From contig OZ220480.1 of the NCBI GenBank assembly GCA_965116025.1, positions 398,415 to 462,414 of the forward strand: a stretch of 64,000 bases of DNA. The letters are read 5' to 3'. The notes below the pieces were generated by a model that worked only from the letters and a program-made list of their open reading frames with translations, was not told the DNA's origin and searched no databases. Position numbers and translations under genes: made by a program. Below are positions 9,601-19,589 of the stretch, one piece after another (the stretch's first letter is position 1; each line of letters begins with the position of its first letter). Origin of the DNA: an uncultured candidatus Porisulfidus sp. Its GTDB lineage: Bacteria > Pseudomonadota > Gammaproteobacteria > Poriferisulfidales > Poriferisulfidaceae.

Positions 9601-10962
9601 ATGAAGATCATCATTCTCGGGGCGGGCCGGATCGGTAGCTCGCTGGCGGTCGGACTGGCTCAGGAAAACAGCGAGATCACGCTGGTGGACCTGGAGGAGA
9701 GCAGCCTGAGCGCCGTCTCCAGCCACGTGGACCTGCGCGCCATCTGCGGCAACGGGGCGCACCCCAACATTCTGCGGCAGGCCGGCGCCGAGGATGCCGA
9801 CATGCTGGTCGCGCTGACCCGCAGCGACGAGGTCAACATGATCGCCTGCCAAGTCGCCTACAGCCTGTTCAACACGCCCCAGCGGATCGCCCGGGTGCGG
9901 GCCTCGGAGTACCTGACGCAGGGCGATCTGTTCATGACGGAGTCCCTGCCCATCGACGTTCTGATCAGTCCGGAGCAGATCGCGGCGCGCAACGTCGAGC
10001 AACTGATCCGCCATCCCGGCCCTCTGCAGGTGTTCGAGTTCGCCGACGGTCTGGTGAAGCTCGCTATGGTGCGCGTCTCCCCCGGCGCCGAGGCCGCCGG
10101 GCGCAGCCTGCTCGACCTGCGCCACAGCCTTCCGGACATCCAGCTGCGCGTGGCCGCCGTCTACCGGGACCAGCGACTCCTGAAGCCGGAGCCCGAGTTG
10201 CGCCTCAAGGCGCACGACGAGATCTTCGTTCTCGCGCGCGCGGAGCAGCTCGGCGCGGTCGTCAAGAAATTGCGCGTCCGGGTCGGTCGGAGCCGCCACA
10301 TCGTCATCGCCGGCGGCGGCAACGTCGGCCACGGCGTGGCCGCGCGGCTGGAGTCGGTCTGCCACGTCAAGATCATCGAGCACGACGAGCACCGCGCCCG
10401 CTATCTGTCGGAGCAGCTGTCCCGGGCCACGGTGCTGCAGGGCAACGCGACCGACGACAAGCTGCTGCTCGACGAGAACATCCGGGACATGGACGTTTTC
10501 TGCGCGCTGACCAACAACGAGGAAGCCAATATTCTGTCGGCCATGCAGGCCAAGCGCATGGGGGCGTCCACCACGATCGCCCTGATTGACCGGCCGATCT
10601 ACCTCGACCTGATCGAGCGCTCCATCGATATCGCGGTCTCTCCCCAGCAGGCCACGTTGAGCGAGCTGCTGACGCACATTCGCCAGGGAGACGTGCTCGC
10701 GGTGCACTCGCTGCGGCGCGGACGCGCCGAGGCTCTGGAGGCCAAGGCCCACCGCACGGCCGCGGCGATCGGCAAGCCGATCGGAGAGCTCGACCTTCCA
10801 GCTGGCGCCGCCATCATCGCGCTGGTCCGCGGCGGCGAGATGATTCTGCCGAACGCGCTCAGCGCGATTCAGCCAGATGATCGCGTCATCCTGTTCATCA
10901 GCGACAAGCGATACCTGAAGGACGTCGAGCGCCTGTTCCAGGTCAGCGCCACGTTTTTCTGA
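9601..10962 (+). CDS. trkA: Trk potassium uptake protein, NAD-binding subunit
   Basis: It starts MKIIILGAGRIGSSLA and carries two Rossmann-type GxGxxG segments (the second is IVIAGGGNVGHGVA). 453 aa. Confidence 0.9.
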   Translation: MKIIILGAGRIGSSLAVGLAQENSEITLVDLEESSLSAVSSHVDLRAICGNGAHPNILRQAGAEDADMLVALTRSDEVNMIACQVAYSLFNTPQRIARVRASEYLTQGDLFMTESLPIDVLISPEQIAARNVEQLIRHPGPLQVFEFADGLVKLAMVRVSPGAEAAGRSLLDLRHSLPDIQLRVAAVYRDQRLLKPEPELRLKAHDEIFVLARAEQLGAVVKKLRVRVGRSRHIVIAGGGNVGHGVAARLESVCHVKIIEHDEHRARYLSEQLSRATVLQGNATDDKLLLDENIRDMDVFCALTNNEEANILSAMQAKRMGASTTIALIDRPIYLDLIERSIDIAVSPQQATLSELLTHIRQGDVLAVHSLRRGRAEALEAKAHRTAAAIGKPIGELDLPAGAAIIALVRGGEMILPNALSAIQPDDRVILFISDKRYLKDVERLFQVSATFF

Positions 10963-10965
10963 CCC

Positions 10966-12432
10966 ATGCCGATCCAGTACCGGGTCGTCCAGCGCCTGCT
11001 CGGCTACCTGCTGACCGTTTTCAGTCTCGGAATGCTGCCTCCCTTGGCGCTGAGCCTGGCGCTGGACGACGGCGAGGCGTTCTCGTTCCTATACACGTTC
11101 TTCCTGCTGTCCCTCCTAGGCATCGCCCTGTGGGTCCAAGCCGCGCGCCGGGCCCCGCGCCGGCAACCTCTGCGACTGCGCGACGGCTTCGTGGTCGTCT
11201 CTCTGTTCTGGATCGGTCTGGGGCTGGCCGGGTCCATTCCCCTGTACATCTCGCCTTCTCTGCGACTCAGCGGAACCGACGCCGTGTTCGAGGCGGTCTC
11301 GGGGCTAACCACCACCGGCGCGACGGCGCTGTCGGGTCTGGACGGTATGCCTCCGTCCATCCTGTTCTACCGCCAGCTCCTGCAGTGGGTCGGCGGCCTC
11401 GGCATCATCGTGCTTGCGGTCGCCATCCTGCCTCTGGTCGGCATGGGGGGCGTGCAACTGTACCAGGCGGAAGCTCCGCACTCCCTAGCCGAGCGGCGTC
11501 TAACCCCGCGCATCGCCGAGACCGCCAAGGTGCTGCTGTATCTGTATTCCGGCCTGACCCTCGCCTGCGGACTCGCGTACTGGGGAGCCGGCATGAGCCC
11601 GTTCGACGCCGTCTGCCACGCGCTCTCCACCGTCGCCATCGGAGGCTTCTCCACCCACGACGCCAGCCTTGGACACTTCGACAGCGTTCTGATCGAGGCG
11701 ACCGCGATCATCTTCATGATCTTGGCCGGGGCGAATTTCGGGCTGCATTATCTGGCGCTGAGCCGGCGCGGCCTCCAACCGTACCTCCAAAACGGGGAAT
11801 TCCGCGCCTATATCACGGTGCTGGCCACGGTGGCCATCATCTGCGTCGGCTATCTTTGGGCCACGTCCTTCTCCGAAGACCCGCTCGAGACCGCGCGCCA
11901 CGGACTCTTCCAAGCCGTGTCCATCGCCACCACCACCGGATACGCCACGACCGGATACGACCACTGGCCCGCGTTCGCGTCCACGCTGCTCTTGCTCGCC
12001 AGCTTCATCGGCGGATGCGTCGGCTCCACTGGCGGCGGGATGAAGGTGATCCGATTCTTGCTGATGGTCAAGCACGGCGGCAAGGAACTGTACCGGATCA
12101 TCCACCCCTCCGTGCAGGTCACGGTCCGGATCGGAGACCGCGTGATGCCGCAAAGCGCCCTGCAGTCGGTCTGGGGATTCTTCGCCGCCTACATCACGAC
12201 CTTCACCGCGCTGTTTCTGCTGCTGATGATGACCGGGCTGGACCAAGTCAGCGCGTTCTCGGCGGTGGCCGCCACCCTCAACAACCTAGGGCCCGGACTC
12301 GGAGAGGTCAGCCAGAACTACGCCTCGGTGAGCGACTTCGGCAAGTGGCTGCTGTGCGCCAGCATGGTGTTCGGGCGCCTGGAGGTCTTCACCCTGCTGG
12401 TGATCCTGACACCGGCGTTCTGGCGCCGATAG
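10966..12432 (+). CDS. trkH: Trk potassium uptake permease
   Basis: 488-aa polytopic membrane protein beginning 3 nt after the trkA stop. It has the repeated GGxSTxD and GGCxGSTGGG pore-loop signatures of TrkH. Confidence 0.85.
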   Translation: MPIQYRVVQRLLGYLLTVFSLGMLPPLALSLALDDGEAFSFLYTFFLLSLLGIALWVQAARRAPRRQPLRLRDGFVVVSLFWIGLGLAGSIPLYISPSLRLSGTDAVFEAVSGLTTTGATALSGLDGMPPSILFYRQLLQWVGGLGIIVLAVAILPLVGMGGVQLYQAEAPHSLAERRLTPRIAETAKVLLYLYSGLTLACGLAYWGAGMSPFDAVCHALSTVAIGGFSTHDASLGHFDSVLIEATAIIFMILAGANFGLHYLALSRRGLQPYLQNGEFRAYITVLATVAIICVGYLWATSFSEDPLETARHGLFQAVSIATTTGYATTGYDHWPAFASTLLLLASFIGGCVGSTGGGMKVIRFLLMVKHGGKELYRIIHPSVQVTVRIGDRVMPQSALQSVWGFFAAYITTFTALFLLLMMTGLDQVSAFSAVAATLNNLGPGLGEVSQNYASVSDFGKWLLCASMVFGRLEVFTLLVILTPAFWRR

Positions 12433-12471
12433 CGCGACGAGTCTCCGCTTCCTGAAACGCGGCGGAAACGC

Positions 12472-13353
12472 TTATCGATACAGCGATTCGGGAGGAACCA
12501 GCCGCTTGCGAAAGCGCGGGTAGCTCCACCAGTACTGGGTCACGTCCTCGGCAATGGCCGTCTCCACCATGGCGTTGATCCCGGCCGCGGCCTCCTCCCG
12601 ATCCGGGGAGTAGACGCGCGGGTCGGCCGCGCGGAACGTGACATGGAACCCACCGCGGCGGCGGCTCGACTGAATCATGAGCGCGACGACATCCTGCCGC
12701 CGCGCCAGACGGGCGGCCAGACCGCCCGTGTTCGCCAGCACCCCGAAGAACGGCGCCATCACGCCGTCCTCCTTCCGGCGCGGGACGTGGTCCGGCAAGA
12801 TGCCGACCGCGCGCCCCTCCCGAAGCGCCTGCAAGAGCATGCGCACGCCGCCGCGGTCCGCGGGAACCAGAACCGCGCCGGTGTGCTGCCGTCCCTGGCG
12901 GACGAAGCCATCGATCCTGCGGTGCCTCAGCGGCCGGTACATGCTGCGCATGGCGACATGCCCGGTCAGGTACAGGCCGCTGAATTCCCAATTCCCGAAA
13001 TGCGGCGTCACCAGAACGATTCCCTTGCCGCTCGCCCGGGCCCGCTCCAGCAAATCCAGCCCCGTCACCCGAACCGCGAGAGACTCGATCCGCGCCGGCG
13101 ACAGGCGCCACAGGCGCGGCATCTCCAGCAGGGTGCGGGCCTCATGGATCAGACTCTTGCGCGCCACGCTCCAGCGCCAGGCATCGCTTTTCTCCGGGTA
13201 GCAGAGACGTAGATTCGCCAAGCAGATTTCGAGCCGGCGACCCGGCACGTAGCCGAGCCAGAGCCCCGCGAGGCCACCCAAAAGGCGCGACAGGGGCAAC
13301 GGCGCCAGCGAGAGAAGCCGTAGCAGAAACAGGGAAAAACGCGAATCGAGCAC
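12472..13353 (-). CDS. lipid A biosynthesis lauroyl/myristoyl acyltransferase family protein (LpxL/HtrB-like, LPLAT superfamily)
   Basis: It has an N-terminal hydrophobic anchor and the HFGNWE catalytic motif (HX4D/E type) found in the LpxL/LpxM family. 293 aa. Confidence 0.75.
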   Translation of the reverse strand: MLDSRFSLFLLRLLSLAPLPLSRLLGGLAGLWLGYVPGRRLEICLANLRLCYPEKSDAWRWSVARKSLIHEARTLLEMPRLWRLSPARIESLAVRVTGLDLLERARASGKGIVLVTPHFGNWEFSGLYLTGHVAMRSMYRPLRHRRIDGFVRQGRQHTGAVLVPADRGGVRMLLQALREGRAVGILPDHVPRRKEDGVMAPFFGVLANTGGLAARLARRQDVVALMIQSSRRRGGFHVTFRAADPRVYSPDREEAAAGINAMVETAIAEDVTQYWWSYPRFRKRLVPPESLYR

Positions 13354-13515
13354 GAAACTCTGGTCCCCGCGCGGCGGGTATAGGCTGGACTTCCCGGGAT
13401 TGATCGAGGCGGGATTCGTCCTAGCCGGAACGCGGTGTCGGCCAGCACGGGGCCATGGAACGGGCGGCCATGAGTCTTCCGTCCTCTTTGGTCATTTAGA
13501 GTCTAGAGTCGCGCC

Positions 13516-13629
13516 CTACGCGCCATACAAAACGTCCGTTATCAGATACGCGAGCCACGCGAACACCGCGAGGATCGGAGCGTACAGGCACAGCAATATT
13601 ATCGCCCAATGCCGCAGTTTCCGCATCAT
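13516..13629 (-). CDS. 37-aa hydrophobic peptide (predicted single transmembrane helix)
   Basis: An AGG sits before the ATGATG start. The product is MMRKLRHWAIILLCLYAPILAVFAWLAYLITDVLYGA. It is the third ORF of a tightly packed trio; see the findings. Confidence 0.35.
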   Translation of the reverse strand: MMRKLRHWAIILLCLYAPILAVFAWLAYLITDVLYGA

Positions 13630-13654
13630 ACCTACAACGTGGCCAGCTTGCGAC

Positions 13655-13861
13655 CTAGCGCCAGCGATTGTCGCAGGCACCAATCGTGCCGTCCGCGTGC
13701 GTGAGCAGCAGGTCGTGCTCAGCAGGCTTGAGCTGCTCCCCCGCGCGCCAGCACCGATGCAGAACTTGCACTCTCGATGCCTCGCCATTCCCCACCAGAC
13801 TGGGCGAGTCTTCGGGATCTTCCCGAAATTGAATAACGTCGTCGTGCTTGCCGCCCATCAT
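13655..13861 (-). CDS. 68-aa hypothetical protein whose start overlaps the stop of the upstream 47-aa ORF
   Basis: ORF track 13655..13861. Its ATG overlaps the TGA of the upstream ORF (ATGA). I recognise no family. Confidence 0.4.
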   Translation of the reverse strand: MMGGKHDDVIQFREDPEDSPSLVGNGEASRVQVLHRCWRAGEQLKPAEHDLLLTHADGTIGACDNRWR

Positions 13862-14001
13862 CCCAAGAAGTCAAAATCGGACTCGACCAACTCGTCCGCG
13901 CTCACGCCCATAAGCGTGACGCTCACGCCTTCCCGGCACTCGGTGATCACCGCGTTACTGGCTTCGCTGTCCGTGATCGTCAAGTCTTTGTATTTCGCCA
14001 T
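13858..14001 (-). CDS. 47-aa ORF ending in the C-terminal motif ...ELVESDFDFLG, which it shares with the two RTX-like proteins
   Basis: Manual translation of the minus strand gives MAKYKDLTITDSEASNAVITECREGVSVTLMGVSADELVESDFDFLG*. The stop is at 13860..13858 and overlaps the start of the next ORF. It falls below the length cutoff of the ORF track. Confidence 0.45.
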   Translation of the reverse strand: MAKYKDLTITDSEASNAVITECREGVSVTLMGVSADELVESDFDFLG

Positions 14002-14206
14002 ACTAATTTAGACGCGCTCCGCGAGGCCGGTGCTAGTGTAGCAGACTATCCCGACCGGGAATCCGCGCTAGGAAAACTTGGAATAAGCAACCTTGAAACT
14101 GGCTTTATGAACCGCGCGTGCCATCCACTCATCGATTAGCGTATCCGCGTCCAGCCCCGCCCCCGCGGGAACGCCGTTATAGAATGAGCGGCGCTCACCC
14201 ACCCCG

Positions 14207-15157
14207 ATGCTCTACCCCGCGATCCGCCCCTATTCGACCCGTCGCCTGCAGGTCGACGGGCGACATGCATTGCATGTGGAGGAGTGCGGCAGTCCAGAGG
14301 GCGTGCCGGTGGTGTTCCTGCACGGCGGCCCGGGCGCAGGTTGCGAGGACTACCATCGCCAGTTCTTCGATCCGGAGAAATACCGAATCGTGCTGTTCGA
14401 CCAGCGCGGCGCCGGACGCTCGACGCCCCACGCGGACTTGACCGACAACACCACGGCTCATCTAGTCGAGGACATCGAGAAGATCCGCGAGGAGCTGGGA
14501 ATCGACCGGTGGCTCGTGTTCGGCGGCTCCTGGGGCTCCACCCTCGGGCTGGCCTACGCCCAGAGCCACCCGAAACGCGCGCTGGGCCTGATCTTGCGCG
14601 GCATCTTCCTGTGCCGGCGGCGCGACCTCCTTTGGTTCTACCAGGAAGGCGCGGACAATATCTTCCCCGATTACTGGCGGGACTTCTTGGAGCCCATACC
14701 GGAAGCGGAGCGCGGCGACCTGATGCGGGCCTACCACCACCGACTGACCGGGCCTGACGAGCTGATCCGCATGAAGGCGGCCAAGGCCTGGGCGCTCTGG
14801 GAGGCGCGCTGCTCGAATCTGCAGCACGACGCCCGGGTCGTGGAGGCGTTCAGCGACCCGCACATGGCGCTCGGTCTGGCGCGCGTGGAGTGCCACTACT
14901 TCGTCAACCGAATCTTCCTGCCAGAGAACCAGTTGCTGAAGCGAATCGGGAAACTGACGGGGGTTCCGGGAATTCTGGTGCATGGACGCTACGATATCGT
15001 CTGCCCCATCGATCAGGCTTTCGCGCTGCATCGCGCCTGGCCCGGGTCGCGCCTGGACCTAATTGCCGAAGCGGGGCACTCGGCCCGAGAGCAGGGCATC
15101 ACCACCGCCCTGATCGCGGCCACCGAGGAGATGCACTCGCGCCTGACTCGGGCGTGA
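14207..15157 (+). CDS. pip: proline iminopeptidase
   Basis: It contains the LHGGPGAG and GGSWGSTLGLAY (GxSxG nucleophile) motifs of the alpha/beta-hydrolase Pip family. 316 aa. Confidence 0.9.
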   Translation: MLYPAIRPYSTRRLQVDGRHALHVEECGSPEGVPVVFLHGGPGAGCEDYHRQFFDPEKYRIVLFDQRGAGRSTPHADLTDNTTAHLVEDIEKIREELGIDRWLVFGGSWGSTLGLAYAQSHPKRALGLILRGIFLCRRRDLLWFYQEGADNIFPDYWRDFLEPIPEAERGDLMRAYHHRLTGPDELIRMKAAKAWALWEARCSNLQHDARVVEAFSDPHMALGLARVECHYFVNRIFLPENQLLKRIGKLTGVPGILVHGRYDIVCPIDQAFALHRAWPGSRLDLIAEAGHSAREQGITTALIAATEEMHSRLTRA

Positions 15158-15703
15158 GGCCTGGACGGCCTAGCCCAGCGCTAGTCCCCGCCTGTCCGGC
15201 GGCATCCGGTTCCGGTCGGCGACCCTCGCGGCGCGGTGCCAGCTGGAGGCCCTCTTGGGAAAAACTTCGCGGTCAGCTCGACTTCGCTCATGCCGACACC
15301 CATCCCACGGGAGGATTCTCAATTTCCGAGCTAACGCCGATTTTGAGGAAATTCCTAGATGGTTTCTCGCCTTCACGGACGCGCTAGGAAATGCGGGTAG
15401 GTATTTGGGGCGGCCGAGGACGGCTCGGGTAGATTTTCGCGAGAAAAACTCGGATTCCACCCGATTCTCGTAGAGCGTAGCTTGGCCTCTCGCGCGCCTA
15501 CGCGAGCCGCGTCTTCCAAATGGCCCGTCTTTTCCCTGAAAGCGCCAGCTTCGAGCGGTCAGAACGTGTCCCAAGCCGGAAGACCAGATATTCGGCGCGA
15601 CACGCTCCTGACATCCAGCACGTGATCCCTCCGGAAGCCCACCCACAACTTCCGGACTCGTCGGATCAGTTTCGCGCCGAGGCCGGCCGCGATCACAAGT
15701 CGG

Positions 15704-18700
15704 TCAGAAGCGAACCTTCAGCAGGACGCTCGCGCCGTAATCGTGATTGTCGCCGTCCGACGCCGCGTAGTGAGCGTCACCCGATAGCGTCGACTCCCCT
15801 TGCGCGTCCAAGACCATCACGCCCCCGCTGCCCAAACGCGCCCACGTGGACTCCACCTCCGAGCGCAGCCGCGACCCCGAAGCCATCACGTCCCGGCTCT
15901 CCGACAGCTCGCGCTCCACGTCCAATGAGGCGTACGTCTCGCCGTTCTCCAACAGTACCCCGATACGCGCCCGCGCGCTGTCCTCCGAGCGAAACGACAC
16001 CCGACCGCTTCCAGCAACGCCCGAAACGTCGGCGAAGTCGTCGACATCCACCCATGTCCACGTCAATCCTCCGCGCGGGATCAGCGCGAAGCCGTCCATC
16101 TCCATGCGCCTGCCGACCTCCACGCCGACCGCGTGACCCTCTCCGTCCAGACCGGACGCCACCATCCCCCGAGTCTCCGAGCTCAGGTCGACATCCTCGA
16201 AACGCGTGTACGAGAGCTCCCCGTCCGCGTACCAGCCGTCCTCCCCCCGCCAAGTCGCCGATGCCCCGACGCCCACGCCCGAGACCTCGATCTTCCCGCC
16301 CCGCGCGACGTCCGCCTCGCCGTCGCGGTAGTGCGCGCTCACGCCCAGCATCAGCCCCGGCGCGTCCGTAGGAACGACGATGCCCGTCTCCACGCCCCAG
16401 CGCTCGAAATCCCAAGACAGCGCGCGACCCGCATCGTCCATCTCGGTCGTGGATGTCTCCACCTCCCGCTCGCCGTCGCTCGCCAACACCCGCGCCCACG
16501 CGCCCCCGCCGTCCCGCGTCGCCGACAAACGCGCCTGACGACCGCCCGGCGCGCTCATCTCCAGCAGCACCGACGGCAGCGCCTCGTACACCCGAGCCCG
16601 GGCATGGTACGTCCGGCTGATCTCCTTCTCGGAGTCCACCTGGAACTGATGCCCGCCCGTGATCGACCTCAGCGTGACCATCCGCTCGAACACCGCGTCG
16701 TACACCCCATGCGTCCCCGTCTTCCCCGACGTCGCCTTCACCGCGTCCCCCACGGCGATCATCTTCTTCGCGCCGGCCATCAACTCCCGCTGGAAGACGT
16801 TCGGCGCGTCCTTTCCACTGTTCAGGAATTTCCCCATGACGAAAGCGATCTGCCCATGCTCGTTCTCCTTCAGGGTGACATGCAGCGCCTTGTCCGCGCT
16901 CACCGCGATCCCCGACGTCGCGCCGATCTCCGCCTTCGGCCCGATCATCAGCGTCCCGCCGTTCACCATCCGAACGCCGGCGTGCTCGCCGCCGCCGCCC
17001 ATCACCTTGCCGTTGATGGTGACCGTCTGGTCGTAGTGCCCCGCCCGGGTAGCGTGATCTTCCGCGAAGGTCCGCATGCCCTTGACATGCACCCCGTCCT
17101 TCTTGGCCCGGATCGTCGCCATCTCCCCTACCGTGACGCTGATCTTCCCGGCTTTCGGCGCGTCCTCGTCCTCGTAGGTGGTGGCCGTCTCCGCGTGCAC
17201 GCCATGCCCGTCCGCCATGATCGTTCCGCCAGCCACGTCGATCTTGATCGGGACGATCATCTCGATGTCCTGTACCCCCTCCGCGTCGTTCAAGTCTTTC
17301 ACATAGGCGAGAATGCCGTCGCCCTTCGACGTGACGCTCCCTTTCGACGTGATCTCGATCTTCCCGATCTTGGCCTCGTAGGTGGAGGGGGCTTGAGAGT
17401 CGACCGCCGTCTCGTCGGAAGCCGCCTGGGGCCGCGAACTCCCATGAACGGCGAGGATGCCGGCGGTCCTGCCTTTCAGGTCCGCCAATTCCATCTTTTC
17501 AGACTCCGTTATGGAATCCACGTCACTGTCCAAGATATCGAGCGCGTCGCCCGCGACGATCTCGCCCTTCAAGTGCTTCGCGACCACGTCGCCCCAGCCG
17601 CGATGCAGAGCGGCCACCCCCGAGCCCTTCGCGTGGATGAAGCCTTCGTTGGTGACCGTGATATCAGTCTCGTCAGTAGAATTGACCACATTAGTGAACA
17701 CGCCGTGTCCGCCAACCGGAGTCCCCGCGGTCCCGATCATCGCTCCCTCGGATACCGTCACCCGGATCGCTCCCCCGTAGATTTGCTGCTGGACGAGCAC
17801 GCCATGCCGACCCACGGTCGGCTCGTCTCCCTCCACGCCGATCCGCGCCCCGGACTTCAGCGTCACCTCAATGCCGCTGGGTTTCACGACGGCCGCCGGT
17901 TTGGTCGGTCGGAACCGATACGCATGGATGCCATCGCCACCTTCGCCAGCTGTGCCCGTCCGGGTGATCGCGCCCGCCAGATCCACCTTGACGAGACCCC
18001 CGTTATGCTCATGATGAATTTTGATCCCGTGGCCGTTCAATCCGCCCCCCATGAGGCTCCCTCCCGTCACGTTGATCGTGACCGGAACCACGGAATCGTC
18101 GTCCCCTTTCGTCGTGACTCGAATGCCTTCCGTCCACCAATAGGGCGCGACGCCCGGGTCCGTCACGACCTCGATGTCGCCGCTCGACGTGATCGAGACC
18201 TCGCTGCTGGCCTGCCCGTCCGCGGCCGGAGCGCTCTTGTCCTCGTGAAACACGTGAATCCCGGCGCGCGCGTACGCGCTTCGAGTTTCCACATGCCCGC
18301 TCTCCGTCGGATTCGCCATTTTCAGATAGCGGAGCGGATGGCTCTGAACCACGATCTTGCCCTCATGGACGATCGTGATGTCACCGCCGCCAGAAGACGA
18401 GCCCGGGGCTATCCAAACATCCCTAAGCCAGCGCTCTTCCAGACCCTCGTCCTGGAGATTCCCCGCCGACGCCCGGATCCCTTGCGAGGTCACGCTATTC
18501 TTCGCCGTCTTGATCACGGTGTCGCCCCCGCCCGAGCGATGCGCCAGTATCCCGGCATACGTCCCGTAAATCTCGCCCGCGTTCGTCACGCTGATGTCCG
18601 TGTCATGCTGAAAGTACGCTAGAACGCCGTACCCGCCCATCGGTTTGTCCTCGGTTCCGATCCGCGCCTCGTCTCCCACCATCACCTCGGCGCGGTCCTT

Positions 18701-19296
18701 CTGAGCGTCGGCGTCGCTTCCCAAGTGCTTCACGTAGACGCCGTGGTTGAGCCCCGCCCCGCGGTCCCTCGAATCAATGGCCTTCCCGATGCGCGTGACC
18801 GTCGTGGACAGCCCCGTCACGAGCCTCCGGGTCGCCCCGCTCTCAATGCGGACCCGCCCATCGAGAACGACTTTCTTCAGGGCGCCGGGCCCGCTCAGGA
18901 CGATCCCCGGCCGAGCGTCGCTCGCGCCACTGGGTATTCCACTGGACGTGATGGTGACCGTGCCCGCCCCGGAAGGCTGGACCGTCAGCGTCACGCTCCG
19001 GCCTGGCGCGGCGAGATCGTATCCGATCGGCGGGCCGTCGGCCTTGGTGTAGGTCGGGTCGTCGCAAGTGACTTCGGCGGCGCCCGAGCCGCTGGGAAGG
19101 TCGCCGCAGTTTCCCGTGTCCGCCGCCATGGCGGAGTGCGGAATCAGCGGAATGGAGAGAACGGCCGTCAATCCGGCCAGAACGGTCAGGAAACGGAGGC
19201 TATGCCCCCCCCCCCCCCCCCCCCCCCTACGCGGGAAGACGACGAGGCGACGCGAAACGCGGCGCGAATCTCGGAAACGGACAGGTTCTTGGTCAT
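15704..19296 (-). CDS. autotransporter (type Va) copy 2, paralogue of 1320..4834; reading frame interrupted at a poly-G tract in this assembly
   Basis: The ORF track gives 15704..19171 (TTG start inside the signal peptide, ...LTVLAGLTAVLSIPLIPHSAMA). Its C terminus ...LLKVRF is about 93% identical to copy 1 over roughly the last 600 aa. An ATG at 19296 opens the leader MTKNLSVSEIRAAFRVASSSSRV, followed by 23 G (19227..19205), and is 1 nt out of frame (ORF 19186..19371 in the track). Confidence 0.8.
19205..19227 (-). repeat. homopolymeric tract, 23 G on the coding strand, inside the 5' coding region of autotransporter 2
   Basis: Plus-strand C run 19205..19227. The count is consistent with the track ORF 19186..19371, which encodes ...RVGGGGGGGGIASVS*. 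24 or 21 G would restore the frame. Confidence 0.85.
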
Positions 19297-19409
19297 TATT
19301 CGTCCCTTTTCAAGGATCAATCTCGGATGGCCGCGCATTATACCCCCAGCGCCCGCGCGCTTCCAAACCAAAATAATCGCGCCGAATCGCCACCGCCGAG
19401 CGCGCCCTG

Positions 19410-19415
19410 TATAAT
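19410..19415 (+). promoter_or_regulatory. candidate -10 hexamer TATAAT for tRNA-Phe
   Basis: CTGTATAATGCC lies about 30 nt upstream of the mature tRNA 5' end. No strong -35 is evident. Confidence 0.3.
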
Positions 19416-19446
19416 GCCACGCTCCGGCTAGCGGCCCCGGACCAAA

Positions 19447-19522
19447 GGCCAGGTAGCTCAGTCGGTAGAGCAGGGGACTGAAAATCCCCGTGTCGGCGGT
19501 TCGATTCCGTCCCTGGCCACCA
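19447..19522 (+). tRNA. tRNA-Phe (GAA)
   Basis: A 76-nt cloverleaf GGCCAGGTAGCTCAGTCGGTAGAGCAGGGGACTGAAAATCCCC...TGGCCACCA, with anticodon loop CT-GAA-AA and an encoded CCA end. Confidence 0.95.
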
Positions 19523-19589
19523 GATCTCTCTCCGCAACCTCGTCAAGAGCCTCGTGGGCATCCTTCGATCGAGGTCCGGCCCGCGCCCT

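Noticed and set aside
8563-10752. 729-aa minus-strand ORF overlapping ntrX and trkA
   Set aside because: It is antisense to two well-supported genes. It is Arg/Gly/Ala/Leu-rich, as is typical of the reverse frame of high-GC coding DNA, and has no domain signatures.
12643-13212. Plus-strand ORFs of 174-189 aa opposite the lpxL-like gene
   Set aside because: They are antisense to a gene with a clear catalytic motif. Their composition is non-protein-like.
15170-16371. ORFs 15170..15646 (-) and 15520..16371 (+) in and beyond the pip/autotransporter-2 intergenic region
   Set aside because: Their translations are extremely Arg/Pro/Ser-rich and overlap the autotransporter 3' end antisense. I treat the 546-bp pip to autotransporter-2 spacer as noncoding.
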